A DNA stretch of 63,728 nt, filler included. It is 8 parts of 8 records of this genome, joined end to end, with 100 filler letters (N's around TTAATTAATTAA, not from the genome) between each part and the next. Parts side by side here need not be neighbours in the genome. Positions count along the whole stretch, not along the records: positions 31,460 to 38,298 come from SRR31147125_28457; positions 38,399 to 44,562 come from SRR31147125_28462; 6 more parts are not named here. One strand, 5' to 3'. Below, one piece after another: positions 31,492 through 41,641 of the stretch; position 1 is the first letter of the stretch; every line of letters begins with the position of its first letter. Both the position numbers and the translations under genes were made by a program. The notes under the pieces were generated by a model that saw only the letters and a program-made list of their open reading frames with translations, was not told where the DNA came from and did not search any database.

Positions 31492-33102
31492 ATGGGAACT
31501 AAAAATTGTCCGGAAACACCGCGGCAAAAAATGATAAACATGATGTATTTGGTGCTGTTAGCAATGATGGCATTAAATGTTGCTTCGGAGGTTCTGGATG
31601 CATTTCGTGTTGTTGATTCCAGCTTGATCCAAACATTTAAAAGTGTTGATTTAAAAAATGATCAGCTTTATTCTTCATTTGCAAAAGCTTATGCTGAAAA
31701 CCCGCTAAAAGTTCAGGAGTGGAAGGATAAGTCTGATCAGGTACAATCAGAAACTGATACCTTAATTAATAAAATCACCAGTTTAAAAGAACAACTTGTT
31801 TTAAGATCAGGTGGAACGAATATTTCAGAAGAAGGAGAAACGCTTTCTGGAGAAAAGTCTTTTATCGTTAATAATAATGGCGATACAATTGTTATCAAAA
31901 AAGATGATGAATTGAATGTCCCTTCAGAATTGATGATTCGTTTAAAAAAGGCTGAAAATCTTAAAGATGATATTACATCATACAAAGAGTTTTTACTTGC
32001 CCAATTAGCAGAAGACTCACCTCTTAGAGAAACTATAACGCAGGAATTAGATACATCTGATCCCCGCAAGAAGATTAAAGAAGGTGGAGATAATAAAACC
32101 TGGGAAATTCAGCATTTTGAGAATAAACCAATAATTGCTGTCATTACTTTACTATCCAAGCTTCAAATTGATATTCAGAATGCTGAAACCAATGTTCTTT
32201 CATATTTATACGGACAAATTGATGCTGGCTCTTTCAAGTTTAACAAGCTTGGAGCAACTGTAATTGCGAAGTCATCATACGTTCTTGAAGGAGATGTATA
32301 TCGAGCTGAAGTTTTTCTTGCTGCTGAAGACACGACTCAGCAACCAGAGATTTTTGTTAACAATCGTCCGCTAGAAATAGTAGATGGCAAAGGAATTTAT
32401 GAAGTCCCTGCTGGATCTTCTGGTACTTTTAAGTGGGGAGGGATTATTAAATACAAAACTCCAGAGGGTGAATTTAACACTTATCCTTTTGAAGAAGAAT
32501 ATCAGGTTAGTAAACCGAGTGTTACTATTTCTCCAACTAAAATGAATGTATTTTACATTGGGGTACCAAATCCGGTTAGTGTTTCTGTGCCAGGTGTGCC
32601 TTCTGAAAACCTTCAGGTAACCATGTCCAATGGGAATATTGTTAAAAGTGAAAACAACTATATTGTACGCCCTCAGCAACCGGATATTAACGGAAGAAAC
32701 ACAAAGGTTTTCGTAAAAGCCAACTTTAATGGAGTAATTCGGGATATGGGATCAATGGACTTCCGTGTAAAAGAAGTACCAGATCCGCTAGCTACAATTG
32801 CTGGAAAAAATGGAGGCGTATTAAGAAAGGAAGATTTACTGGCTGAGCAAGCTATTTTTGCTGATTTAGTTGATTTTGATTTTGAACTTGCTTTTAAAGT
32901 AACCCAATTCGACATTACGTTTACAGGTGCTGGAGGATACGTGAGAACATGGAGTTCTAAATCAAATATGTTTACTGCAGATCAACAATCTCAATTTGCA
33001 TCATTATCACAAGGAAGTATAATTTACATTGACAATATTCAAGCAAAAGGTGATGATGGTTCAGATCGTCCGCTTTCACCTATTAGTTTTAAAATCAGAT
33101 AA
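31492..33102 (+). CDS. gldM: T9SS/gliding motor protein GldM (PorM)
   Basis: PRQKMINMMYLVLLAMMALNV, LSKLQIDI, KMNVFYIGVPNP. Confidence 0.95.
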   Translation: MGTKNCPETPRQKMINMMYLVLLAMMALNVASEVLDAFRVVDSSLIQTFKSVDLKNDQLYSSFAKAYAENPLKVQEWKDKSDQVQSETDTLINKITSLKEQLVLRSGGTNISEEGETLSGEKSFIVNNNGDTIVIKKDDELNVPSELMIRLKKAENLKDDITSYKEFLLAQLAEDSPLRETITQELDTSDPRKKIKEGGDNKTWEIQHFENKPIIAVITLLSKLQIDIQNAETNVLSYLYGQIDAGSFKFNKLGATVIAKSSYVLEGDVYRAEVFLAAEDTTQQPEIFVNNRPLEIVDGKGIYEVPAGSSGTFKWGGIIKYKTPEGEFNTYPFEEEYQVSKPSVTISPTKMNVFYIGVPNPVSVSVPGVPSENLQVTMSNGNIVKSENNYIVRPQQPDINGRNTKVFVKANFNGVIRDMGSMDFRVKEVPDPLATIAGKNGGVLRKEDLLAEQAIFADLVDFDFELAFKVTQFDITFTGAGGYVRTWSSKSNMFTADQQSQFASLSQGSIIYIDNIQAKGDDGSDRPLSPISFKIR

Positions 33103-33103
33103 T

Positions 33104-33958
33104 ATGAAAAAGGTTTTAGTATTTATCGGAATTATTATTTGTGCTTTTGTGGCACCGCTGCCAGAAGCAAATGCACAAATTATTGACGGGGCTTTTAAAA
33201 GGACTGATATTAGTAACCGTAAGCCCATGCCTTTGCCTCACGTTCGTGAAGCAGATGTAATGTGGTCTCGTAAAATCTGGAGAGTTATTGATCTAAGAGA
33301 AAAAATGAACCAAGTTCTTTATTTTCCTTCAGAAAAAATGGAAGATAGATACAACTTAGTTAATCTTTTACTTAAAGGAATTGAAGACGGACAATTGACA
33401 GCATACGATGCTCGTACCGATGATGAATTTAAAGTCCCAATGACCTTTGATCAAGTGAAAGAAGCCTTTGGAGCAACAACCCGTACTCGTAAAGTAAGGA
33501 ATGCAATGACAGGTGAATTTGAAGATAAATTAATTTCAGGAGAAATTCGTCCGGCTGAAGTGAAGCAGTTTATGGTAAAAGAAGAATGGTTTTTCGACAG
33601 ACAAACTTCGACCATGAATGCCCGAATCATTGGCGTTTGCCCAATCCGTGAATTTTATCGCGATGAAGATATTGAACAGACTAATGCTCAACGTCAGCAG
33701 GTATTTTGGGTTTATTATCCTGAAGCTCGTCCACTTCTTGCAACCAATGCAGTTTTCAACCCCAATAATACTGCACAAAACATGTCTTTTGATGACTTGT
33801 TTATTAAACGTAGATTTAATAGCTACATTGTTAAAGAATCAAATGTATACAACAACCGTTCAATTAGCCAATACCTAACCGGACGAGAAGCAATGCTTGA
33901 GTCACAAGAAATTGAGCAAAAGATATTTGATTTTGAACAAGATCTTTGGGAATATTAA
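33104..33958 (+). CDS. gldN: GldN (PorN)
   Basis: VREADVMWSRKIWRVIDLREKMNQ, KEEWFFD, FEQDLWEY. Start ATG at 33104. Confidence 0.93.
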   Translation: MKKVLVFIGIIICAFVAPLPEANAQIIDGAFKRTDISNRKPMPLPHVREADVMWSRKIWRVIDLREKMNQVLYFPSEKMEDRYNLVNLLLKGIEDGQLTAYDARTDDEFKVPMTFDQVKEAFGATTRTRKVRNAMTGEFEDKLISGEIRPAEVKQFMVKEEWFFDRQTSTMNARIIGVCPIREFYRDEDIEQTNAQRQQVFWVYYPEARPLLATNAVFNPNNTAQNMSFDDLFIKRRFNSYIVKESNVYNNRSISQYLTGREAMLESQEIEQKIFDFEQDLWEY

Positions 33959-33979
33959 TACCTAAATAAATTAAGATTC

Positions 33980-34010
33980 AGCCTTATGAGGTTTCTCGTA
34001 AGGCTTTTTT
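33980..34010 (+). terminator. Intrinsic terminator after gldN
   Basis: AGCCTTATGAG-GTTT-CTCGTAAGGCT-TTTTT. Confidence 0.8.
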
Positions 34011-34073
34011 CAGTTATAACAGCAATATCAAATTAGGCTGAACGTTTTGAAAGAGTAAGTTTCTGAGACTGGT

Positions 34074-35417
34074 ATGGTAAAAAAAACATTCATATACTTT
34101 TTTGCATTTTTATTGTTATCTTCCTGCAAGAATGATACAATGTTCGAATACCTTGCCCCTAATAATACAGAGCCATTTTACGAACCTGTCCCTTTTGGGA
34201 TGTCGTACATCGAACGTGGAAGCTATGTTATGGGTCCTGAAGATAATGAACTTCAATCTGAATTTAATACTGCAAAGCGAGTGTCTGTTGAGGCTTTTTG
34301 GATGGATGATACCGAAATCACAAATAATGAATACCGACAATTTGTTTTTTGGGTTCGGGATTCAATTTCACGACAAATACTAGCCGAAAGCTTTCCTGAA
34401 TATTTAATTACTGATGATGGGAAAGGTACTTTCTATGATATTCCGCGTTTAAACTGGGAAATTCCAATTGAATGGGATAATAAAGATTTCCAAGCAGCCC
34501 TGGAAGATATTTATGTACCTGAAGCTGAACGATTTTATTACAAAAAGCTCGTTGACTCTAGAAAGTTATTCTACAATTATCATTGGGTTGATTACAAACA
34601 AGCGGCCAAACGTGCCAATAGTTACAATTTTGAAACCCAGTCGTACCAAGGGTTAATCCGAACAAAAGAAGGCGAAGAAGTTCCTATTGAAAATCGTTCT
34701 TCATTTATCATGCAGGAAACTACTCCTGTTTATCCGGATACGCTTTGCTGGATTAGAGACTATACCTATTCTTATAATGAGCCACTTACAAAAAAGTATT
34801 TCTGGCATGTTGCCTTCGATGATTATCCGGTTGTTGGAGTAAGCTGGAAACAAGCCAAGGCTTTCTGCAACTGGCGAACTAAATTGATGAATGAGTATCA
34901 AGTTAAGTTTGAGATTCCTGAATTGCATGATTACCGATTGCCAACTGAAGCTGAATGGGAATATGCAGCACGCGGGTCCAACGAGCGCACACTTTACCCT
35001 TGGGGAAGTTATTACTCAACAAATGACTACGGCTGCTATGTTGCCAATTTTAAGCCTCGCAGAGGAAACTATGTAGCAGATAACAATATGGGCTGCACAA
35101 CCATTAAAGTTGGCTCATTCGACCCTAATAATGTGCGCTTGTATGATATGGCAGGAAATGTTTCGGAATGGACTAGCAGTGCCTTTTACGAATCAGCTTA
35201 TGATGGGATTAGTGACTTTAATCCGATGTTGGAATACGAAGCAAAACCAGATGATCCACCAGTTATGAAGCGCAAAGTAGTTCGTGGAGGATCGTGGAAA
35301 GATGTTGCCTATTACCTTCGAAATGGAACACGCACTTATGAATATCAGGATTCTGCAAAATCTTATATTGGATTCCGTTGTGTTCGCACATCCTTTAAGG
35401 ATGAATTCAATAATTAA
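34074..35417 (+). CDS. GldK/PorK-like lipoprotein (FGE-sulfatase/SUMF1 domain)
   Basis: Lipobox LSSC, FWMDDTEITNNEYRQFVFWVRDS, YPDTLCW, RLPTEAEWEYAARG, YIGFRCVR. Confidence 0.85.
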   Translation: MVKKTFIYFFAFLLLSSCKNDTMFEYLAPNNTEPFYEPVPFGMSYIERGSYVMGPEDNELQSEFNTAKRVSVEAFWMDDTEITNNEYRQFVFWVRDSISRQILAESFPEYLITDDGKGTFYDIPRLNWEIPIEWDNKDFQAALEDIYVPEAERFYYKKLVDSRKLFYNYHWVDYKQAAKRANSYNFETQSYQGLIRTKEGEEVPIENRSSFIMQETTPVYPDTLCWIRDYTYSYNEPLTKKYFWHVAFDDYPVVGVSWKQAKAFCNWRTKLMNEYQVKFEIPELHDYRLPTEAEWEYAARGSNERTLYPWGSYYSTNDYGCYVANFKPRRGNYVADNNMGCTTIKVGSFDPNNVRLYDMAGNVSEWTSSAFYESAYDGISDFNPMLEYEAKPDDPPVMKRKVVRGGSWKDVAYYLRNGTRTYEYQDSAKSYIGFRCVRTSFKDEFNN

Positions 35418-35475
35418 AAAAAATGCCCCTTCAAATAAAATCGAAAAGGGCACTGTCTTTTATCAATTCGTTTTC

Positions 35476-36564
35476 TTAAACGTATTTATCTCCTTTGTGC
35501 ATTTTCACATCACTTACAAATTGCCTAATAAGCTGTTCGTCCGTTTTCTTACAAACTAACAAAGTATCATCTGCTTCAACAACAATATAATCTTCCAATC
35601 CTTGTAAAACAACCAATTTCTCATTTGGCATATTAACAATACACCCTTTAGAGTCATAAGTTATTACATTATCTCCGTTTATAGAATTTTGAAGTTCATC
35701 TTTATCCCTATTCTCATAAAGCGATCCCCATGTTCCTAAATCACTCCATCCAAAATCGGCACAAAGTACATGAACATTATCAGCCTTTTCCATAATCCCA
35801 TAGTCAAGAGAAATATTCTGACACTCGGAATATGTTTTATTTATAAAGTGAAGTTCGTCATCTGTGCCATAAAGCTTTTCTCCTTTTTGAAATAATCCAT
35901 CTACATCGGGAAGATATTCTTCAAAAGCATGCATAATACTTTTTAATGACCAGATAAATATGCCTGAATTCCAAAAGAATTCACCGCTCTCAACAAATAC
36001 TTCAGCCATTTCTAAATCTGGTTTTTCAGTAAAAGTTTTCACCTTATAAAGGTTATCAAATCCTTTAAACTCAATTCTATTTTTGGTCTGAATATATCCA
36101 TACCCGGTTTCAGGCCTACTAGGCATAATTCCCAAAGTAAGTAATACATTATTTTCAGTTACAAAGTCAATCCCTTTTTCAATCTGACGAACAAACTCAT
36201 CTTCTTTGGTAATCAAATGATCTGAAGGAGCAACAATTATATTAGCTTCAGGATTCCGATTTTTAATTACATAATTTGCATAAGCGACACAAGGTGCAGT
36301 ATTTCTTCGGAGTGGTTCACACAATACCTGTTCTTCAGATAATTCGGGCAACTGCTGAAGTACCAAATCTTTATAATCAATGCTTGTAACTACATAAAAG
36401 TTTTCTTCTGGACATACCCGTTTTAAACGATCAAATGTCATTTGAATAAATGTTCTACCTGTACCTACAATATCAAGAAACTGTTTGGGCATTGAGCTTT
36501 TACTTAAAGGCCAGAATCGACTTCCAATACCACCTGCCATAATAACACAGAAGTTATTTTTCAT
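35476..36564 (-). CDS. manC: Mannose-1-phosphate guanylyltransferase
   Basis: MAGGIGSRFWP, PKQFL, RNTAP, PETGYGYI, WNSGIF, WSDLGTW. Confidence 0.93.
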   Translation of the reverse strand: MKNNFCVIMAGGIGSRFWPLSKSSMPKQFLDIVGTGRTFIQMTFDRLKRVCPEENFYVVTSIDYKDLVLQQLPELSEEQVLCEPLRRNTAPCVAYANYVIKNRNPEANIIVAPSDHLITKEDEFVRQIEKGIDFVTENNVLLTLGIMPSRPETGYGYIQTKNRIEFKGFDNLYKVKTFTEKPDLEMAEVFVESGEFFWNSGIFIWSLKSIMHAFEEYLPDVDGLFQKGEKLYGTDDELHFINKTYSECQNISLDYGIMEKADNVHVLCADFGWSDLGTWGSLYENRDKDELQNSINGDNVITYDSKGCIVNMPNEKLVVLQGLEDYIVVEADDTLLVCKKTDEQLIRQFVSDVKMHKGDKYV

Positions 36565-36729
36565 GTTTTGATTTTTAAATCACGTTGTATATTATCAAAT
36601 ATAATTGATTAATGTGAAATTATAACTAAAATCATGTGATCATTATAGGAAACATTAATAGAGAGAAAGGGTTTACATTTTAATCTTTTAAGCTTGATAT
36701 AAATTTGTAATTTTATAAAAATTGCAATC

Positions 36730-37470
36730 ATGAAATTTTTCTTTCACACTGGTCGTTATTTCGCTTTACTTTATCAGGTTTTCTCAAGACCTGAAAAGTA
36801 TCGGATGTATGGTAAAAAACTCCTTCGGGAAATTGAGAGTCTGGGGATAAACTCAGTTGGGATTGTAGTAATAATTTCCATTTTTATGGGTGGGATTATT
36901 ACCCTTCAGGTTGCTTACAACCTCACCAACCCACTCTTTCCAAGTTATTTAATTGGACTAGGAAACCGCGACACCTTGATCTTAGAGTTTTCATCTACAA
37001 TCTTAGGTTTAATTATGGCAGGAAAGATTGGGTCAAATATCACCTCCGAAATTGGGAGCATGAGAGTAACCGAACAAATAGATTCTTTAAAAATCATGGG
37101 GGTGAACCCGGCCAGCTATTTGATACTTCCAAAAATTATTGCCGTTGTGTTTATCTTTCCTTTCTTATTCATTTTAAGCGTTTTTTTTGGATTAATTGGA
37201 GGACTGATTGTTGGACCTGCAGTTGGTGCCGTAAGTCCTCCAGACTATATCAATGGAATTCAATATCTGTTTACGCCATACTACGTTACTTTCTCATTAA
37301 TTAAAACTTTGTTTTTTGGCTTTTTGGTAGCTAGTGTTCCGGCATACTTTGGCTATTATGTACAAGGAGGAGCTTTTGAAGTTGGAACTGCAAGCACAAA
37401 GGCTGTCGTAAATACAAATATTTTAATACTGGTTTTTGACCTAATTTTAACTCAATTATTATTTAAATGA
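36730..37470 (+). CDS. mlaE: MlaE-family ABC permease
   Basis: GKIGSNITSEIGSMRVTEQIDSL, VGTASTKAVV. Confidence 0.88.
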   Translation: MKFFFHTGRYFALLYQVFSRPEKYRMYGKKLLREIESLGINSVGIVVIISIFMGGIITLQVAYNLTNPLFPSYLIGLGNRDTLILEFSSTILGLIMAGKIGSNITSEIGSMRVTEQIDSLKIMGVNPASYLILPKIIAVVFIFPFLFILSVFFGLIGGLIVGPAVGAVSPPDYINGIQYLFTPYYVTFSLIKTLFFGFLVASVPAYFGYYVQGGAFEVGTASTKAVVNTNILILVFDLILTQLLFK

Positions 37471-38232
37471 TTACTGTTGAGAACATATCAAAATCTTTTG
37501 AAGATAAGCAAGTACTAAACCAAATATCAACTCAGTTTGTACAGGGACAAACCAATTTGATTATTGGTCGAAGTGGTTCTGGAAAAACAGTTCTTTTAAA
37601 ATCGATTGTTGGCCTTCATGAGGTTGATCAAGGGCAAATACTTTACGATGATCGCAATTTTACTCTTATGAAACCGAAAGAGAGAAAACTTCTTCGTCAG
37701 GAAATGGGGATGCTCTTTCAGGGGGGCTTTATTCGATTCGCTTACTGTTGAAGAAAACGTGCAATTTCCACTTGATATGTTTACCGAGCAATCTGCTGTT
37801 GAAAAGCAAAAGCGAGTAGATTTTTGTTTAGATCGTGTAAATATTGAAAAAGCAAACCATCTCTTCCCTTCAGAAATATCTGGGGGAATGCAAAAACGTG
37901 TAGCCATTGCAAGAGCTATTGCTCTTAATCCAAAGTATCTTTTCTGTGATGAACCCAACTCAGGACTTGACCCGGAAACAGCCTTGGTAATTGACGAATT
38001 AATTCATGAGATTACTGTAGATCTTGACATTACCACTATTATCAATACCCACGATATGAATTCGGTTATGGAAATTGGAGATAAAATCATGTTCATTAGT
38101 GAAGGAGAAATGTGTTGGGAAGGCACAAGGCATGAGATTCTTCAAACAGAGAATACGAAATTGAATGAATTTGTATTTGCAAATAAACAATACCGTCAAA
38201 TTCGTGATGACAAAATTGAAAAGCAAAATTAA
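37467..38232 (+). CDS. mlaF: MlaF-like ABC ATPase, frameshifted at a G6 run (about 37721-37726)
   Basis: GRSGSGKT in the first ORF. ALFDSLTVEENV, ISGGMQKRVAIARA and DEPNSGLDP continue in the other frame. Confidence 0.82.
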
Positions 38233-38298
38233 ACTTTTGGGGACATCACAATAAATGGAATTATGACTTCTTCCATTGAAATTCCACCGTGCTGAAAA
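38229..38298 (-). CDS. porX: PorX-like (PglZ-domain) response regulator, 3' fragment
   Basis: Manual translation: FQHGGISMEEVIIPFIVMSPKV*. Confidence 0.7.
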
Positions 38299-38398
38299 NN
38301 NNNNNNNNNNNNNNNNNNNNNNNNNNNNNNNNNNNNNNNNNNTTAATTAATTAANNNNNNNNNNNNNNNNNNNNNNNNNNNNNNNNNNNNNNNNNNNN
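38299..38398. other. Artificial contig linker
   Basis: N44-TTAATTAATTAA-N44. Confidence 0.99.
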
Positions 38399-38423
38399 TT
38401 GGCTGAGTATGTTAACTCAGGCA

Positions 38424-38642
38424 TCAGATATTTCCAATTCCCGCTGAACCTATACACTTGCAGAGTTCCGATCTTCGGCGCATGGTTTCATAACCTAAAT
38501 TCAGTAAAACCTGATCACGTAATCCGCTCATATCGCCACCACTTGCACTGATGGACCATTCTTTAAGTATTCGAGAACCATCTCGGATGATCAGACAGGT
38601 TGCATTTTGACCTCCTTTTGGCCAATGTTCTGTTCAGGACAT
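38424..38642 (-). pseudogene. Decayed tyrosine recombinase/integrase fragment
   Basis: Manual translation contains GLRDQVLLNLGYETMRRRSELC (box I with catalytic Arg). It has an in-frame stop and lacks the HxxR/Y half. Confidence 0.6.
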
Positions 38643-38829
38643 GGGTTGCACTCCTTTTGGTTAAAGTCTTCCTCGGAATGTCTCTTAATTCTTGCCCTAA
38701 TTTGGTCTCACAAGGTCTAACGGGGAACAAATCTTAATCCTATCACAATAATGGATTGCCCAGGGTGTCGATGTGTAGTAAAATACCTAGCACACTTACC
38801 TAACAATTAATATCATCTGGAGGTATGTC

Positions 38830-39696
38830 ATGCGACCACTGAAGGTGCTTTCATGGAATATTGAACATTTCAATGGTACCGGTGGCCAAGATGCTAGTAA
38901 CCGTACTCGTCGACTTGATAGGGTTAAACGCGTTGCTGATTACATCTCAGCACAACAGCCCGAGATTTTCGGGTTGTCAGAAGTTGAGGGTGATCTTGTC
39001 TATGATTATTTCACTGAGAAGATGCCCGAGTATACCTACAATATGACCGAAGGTCGACAAACCCAGGAAATATTGATCGGAGTTAAAAGCGGTGTGACTG
39101 CATTTTTCACCCAAAGAAATGAATTCAAAAGAAACAATCCATTTCTGCGTCCGGGTGCACTGGTAACTGTAAGAGATGGTGACGTCCATTTACCAATATT
39201 ATTTACGCATCTTAAAAGCATGCCCAGTCCGGAAGGATTTGGATTAAGAGATGCAATGTTTGGAAAAATATTTAGTCTGAAAAAAGAACTGGATAAAAAA
39301 GCTCGTCAACTTACAAACGATAACTCTGGAAAAGCAAATTTCATTGTACTGGGCGATATGAACACAATGGGAATGGATTATTACCGAAATCAAAATGACA
39401 TTCCCAAAGAACGTGAAGTAGAAGTAGTTATCTCGAAATTTAAATACAGAGGGATGACTTCCTTAAAAAAGACCCTTGACTATACTTTTTACAACGGAAG
39501 CGATTCTGAATACCCGCCATCCGAGCTGGATCATGTTTTTGCGGCAGAGCATATATCATTTAGAAATGTTGATAATAATGAGTCGAAAGTGCTTGTAGAT
39601 GGCTGGGCCGTTTTAGAGAGCGATGCTGACAAAGATTCGTGGATAGCGGACTTTTCAGATCACGCCCCGCTCATATTCACTATAGCAGGTGTATAA
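38830..39696 (+). CDS. Endonuclease/exonuclease/phosphatase (EEP) family protein
   Basis: SWNIE, LSEVE, HLKS, GDMN, LDHVF, SDHAP catalytic motifs; GGAGG SD; no signal peptide. Confidence 0.9.
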   Translation: MRPLKVLSWNIEHFNGTGGQDASNRTRRLDRVKRVADYISAQQPEIFGLSEVEGDLVYDYFTEKMPEYTYNMTEGRQTQEILIGVKSGVTAFFTQRNEFKRNNPFLRPGALVTVRDGDVHLPILFTHLKSMPSPEGFGLRDAMFGKIFSLKKELDKKARQLTNDNSGKANFIVLGDMNTMGMDYYRNQNDIPKEREVEVVISKFKYRGMTSLKKTLDYTFYNGSDSEYPPSELDHVFAAEHISFRNVDNNESKVLVDGWAVLESDADKDSWIADFSDHAPLIFTIAGV

Positions 39697-39841
39697 GATT
39701 TAATTTGGCACTAGCATTTTAGGGAGGGGCTCTATTAGATAGGATCAATGTTATTTCAGATGGATAGGTAGGTTGTGTATATTCTAATTGGTGTTATTCA
39801 AAGGGTTTAAAGGATCAATAACAAACCAAAGGAGCGTGAAT

Positions 39842-40693
39842 ATGACCACTTACAAGAAACACGAGTTTAATCAATTTACAGCACGTTACCACTCAGGAAA
39901 TGCATATAACTTAGCTGAAGTCTCCAGGCTTGTATATAAAACTGAAAGTAAATCAACGTTTCCTGATGAATCTAAGATCTTGAGTGATCTTCAAAAATTG
40001 GATGCACGGTATCAAGAGGTAAGCGGATTTGAGAAAAACAGCTCTCAAGGTGTTGTTATAAAACACGATGAGTATGTAGTAGCGGTTTTTAGGGGCACAG
40101 ATGAGTTTGCTGATTGGCTTGATAATATCAATGCCAGAGCCATAGATGGCCCATTGGGAAAAGTCCATAAAGGGTTTTACAATGCACTGCTCGATGTCTG
40201 GCCTGCAATGAAGACGGTGATTAGAGAATTTAAAAAAAATGAGGGTGAAAATGAACCGAACAAACCCCTGTGGATTACAGGACATAGCCTAGGTGGTGCA
40301 ATGGCTACACTGGCAGCAGCAACTTTAAGTGAAGCCGACGAGCCGTATTATGGAGTGTACACTTTTGGAAGCCCGAGGGTGGGAGATCGAGATTTTGAAG
40401 TAAGATTCAACAGTTTGGCTAAGTCGAAATTCTTCAGGTTTCAAAATAATGCTGATATCGTCACCAGAATCCCAGCCCGGCTTATGGGCTACAGTCATGT
40501 GGGTACATTTATCTATATTTCAGAAGACGGTGAGTTGAGCCGGGATAACGGATATTGGTATCGTTTTTTAGATACCCTTAAAGGAATTATCTCGAATATC
40601 GGAGATATGAAAATAGATCAAATTAAAGATCATGACATTAAAGCGTATATAAAAGGTATAAAACGACATAAAGGGCTTGAACTACAATTTTAG
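39842..40693 (+). CDS. Class 3 lipase
   Basis: VFRGT, VHKGF, ITGHSLGGAMA, YTFGSPRVG, DIVTRIP, YSHVG, KDH. Likely start MTTYKK after AAGGAG. Confidence 0.92.
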   Translation: MTTYKKHEFNQFTARYHSGNAYNLAEVSRLVYKTESKSTFPDESKILSDLQKLDARYQEVSGFEKNSSQGVVIKHDEYVVAVFRGTDEFADWLDNINARAIDGPLGKVHKGFYNALLDVWPAMKTVIREFKKNEGENEPNKPLWITGHSLGGAMATLAAATLSEADEPYYGVYTFGSPRVGDRDFEVRFNSLAKSKFFRFQNNADIVTRIPARLMGYSHVGTFIYISEDGELSRDNGYWYRFLDTLKGIISNIGDMKIDQIKDHDIKAYIKGIKRHKGLELQF

Positions 40694-40703
40694 CGGGGCG
40701 ATC

Positions 40704-41597
40704 ATGTCAGTACAAACAGCAGTGCCAAATGATTTGTGGTCAGCTTATGTAGATCGATTTGATTATTTCACACTCGACGGTATAAGGCCTGGATGCCATC
40801 CCCGGATTCTTGAACATGATACCTCCCCGGATAAAGCTGTGGTGCTTATTCATGGTCTTTCAGATTCACCCTATTTTATGTCCGCAATTGGTGAATATTT
40901 CCATAATGAACTTGGGTATAACGTGTATATGCCTCTACTTCATTTTCACGGATTAAAAACACCGAATAATATGGAAGGCGTGGAGCTTGAAGAATGGGAG
41001 GAAAATGCAGATTTTGCAATTAAGCACGCTGCCGACAAAGTAGCATCAGTTTCAATCGGAGGGCTATCTACTGGTGGTGCACTAAGCTTCTATAAGGCTT
41101 GCAATCACCCGAGTGTTAACGGTGAACTCTATCTTTTCTCAGCTGCTTTAGATCTGGCGGTTGGTGGTGGCTTAATTGGTGAACTAGCGGAGAGGATTCT
41201 ACGAAGTTTTTTGGTTGATGTCTTAGATAAAAATAAACCACTTATCGATGAGAACCCATATCGATATAGTCATGTCGATATCGACGGTGCAAGAGAGTTG
41301 GCTCGCCTGATTAAACGAACTGATAAATTGATCAAAGTGTACCAAAAAATACCGTTCACCAAAAGAGTTTTTGCTGCTCATTCTGAGGCAGATACAACTG
41401 CCGATATTAAAGGAATAGAGACATTATCGGAAATCTGTGAAACGGGTAACTTTACTATTTTTCGATTTAAAAAAGAAAACGCCATAGCTCATGCAAGCCT
41501 TGTTTTAAAAGACGGTATAGAGAACATATCGAAACCGGAGCCTGAGAATCCCAATTTTGGTGAGATGATGGAGGCTGTAAGGAACTTCGCCTTGTGA
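40704..41597 (+). CDS. Alpha/beta hydrolase (carboxylesterase-like)
   Basis: IHGLSDSP oxyanion motif, GLSTGG nucleophile elbow, candidate Asp (SEADTTAD) and His (IAHASL). Confidence 0.85.
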   Translation: MSVQTAVPNDLWSAYVDRFDYFTLDGIRPGCHPRILEHDTSPDKAVVLIHGLSDSPYFMSAIGEYFHNELGYNVYMPLLHFHGLKTPNNMEGVELEEWEENADFAIKHAADKVASVSIGGLSTGGALSFYKACNHPSVNGELYLFSAALDLAVGGGLIGELAERILRSFLVDVLDKNKPLIDENPYRYSHVDIDGARELARLIKRTDKLIKVYQKIPFTKRVFAAHSEADTTADIKGIETLSEICETGNFTIFRFKKENAIAHASLVLKDGIENISKPEPENPNFGEMMEAVRNFAL

Positions 41598-41641
41598 GTA
41601 TATCGCTATATTATTTAATTAATCATAAGAGGTAGTAAGTT

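Noticed and set aside
38229..38298. PglZ-type motif as evidence of a BREX system next to the candidate cluster
   Set aside because: It fits the PorX C-terminus in a T9SS-bearing Bacteroidota contig and is separated from the cluster by a linker.
38424..38642. In-frame TGA at codon 3 read as selenocysteine or recoding
   Set aside because: No redox motif or evident SECIS; better explained as decay of an integrase fragment.
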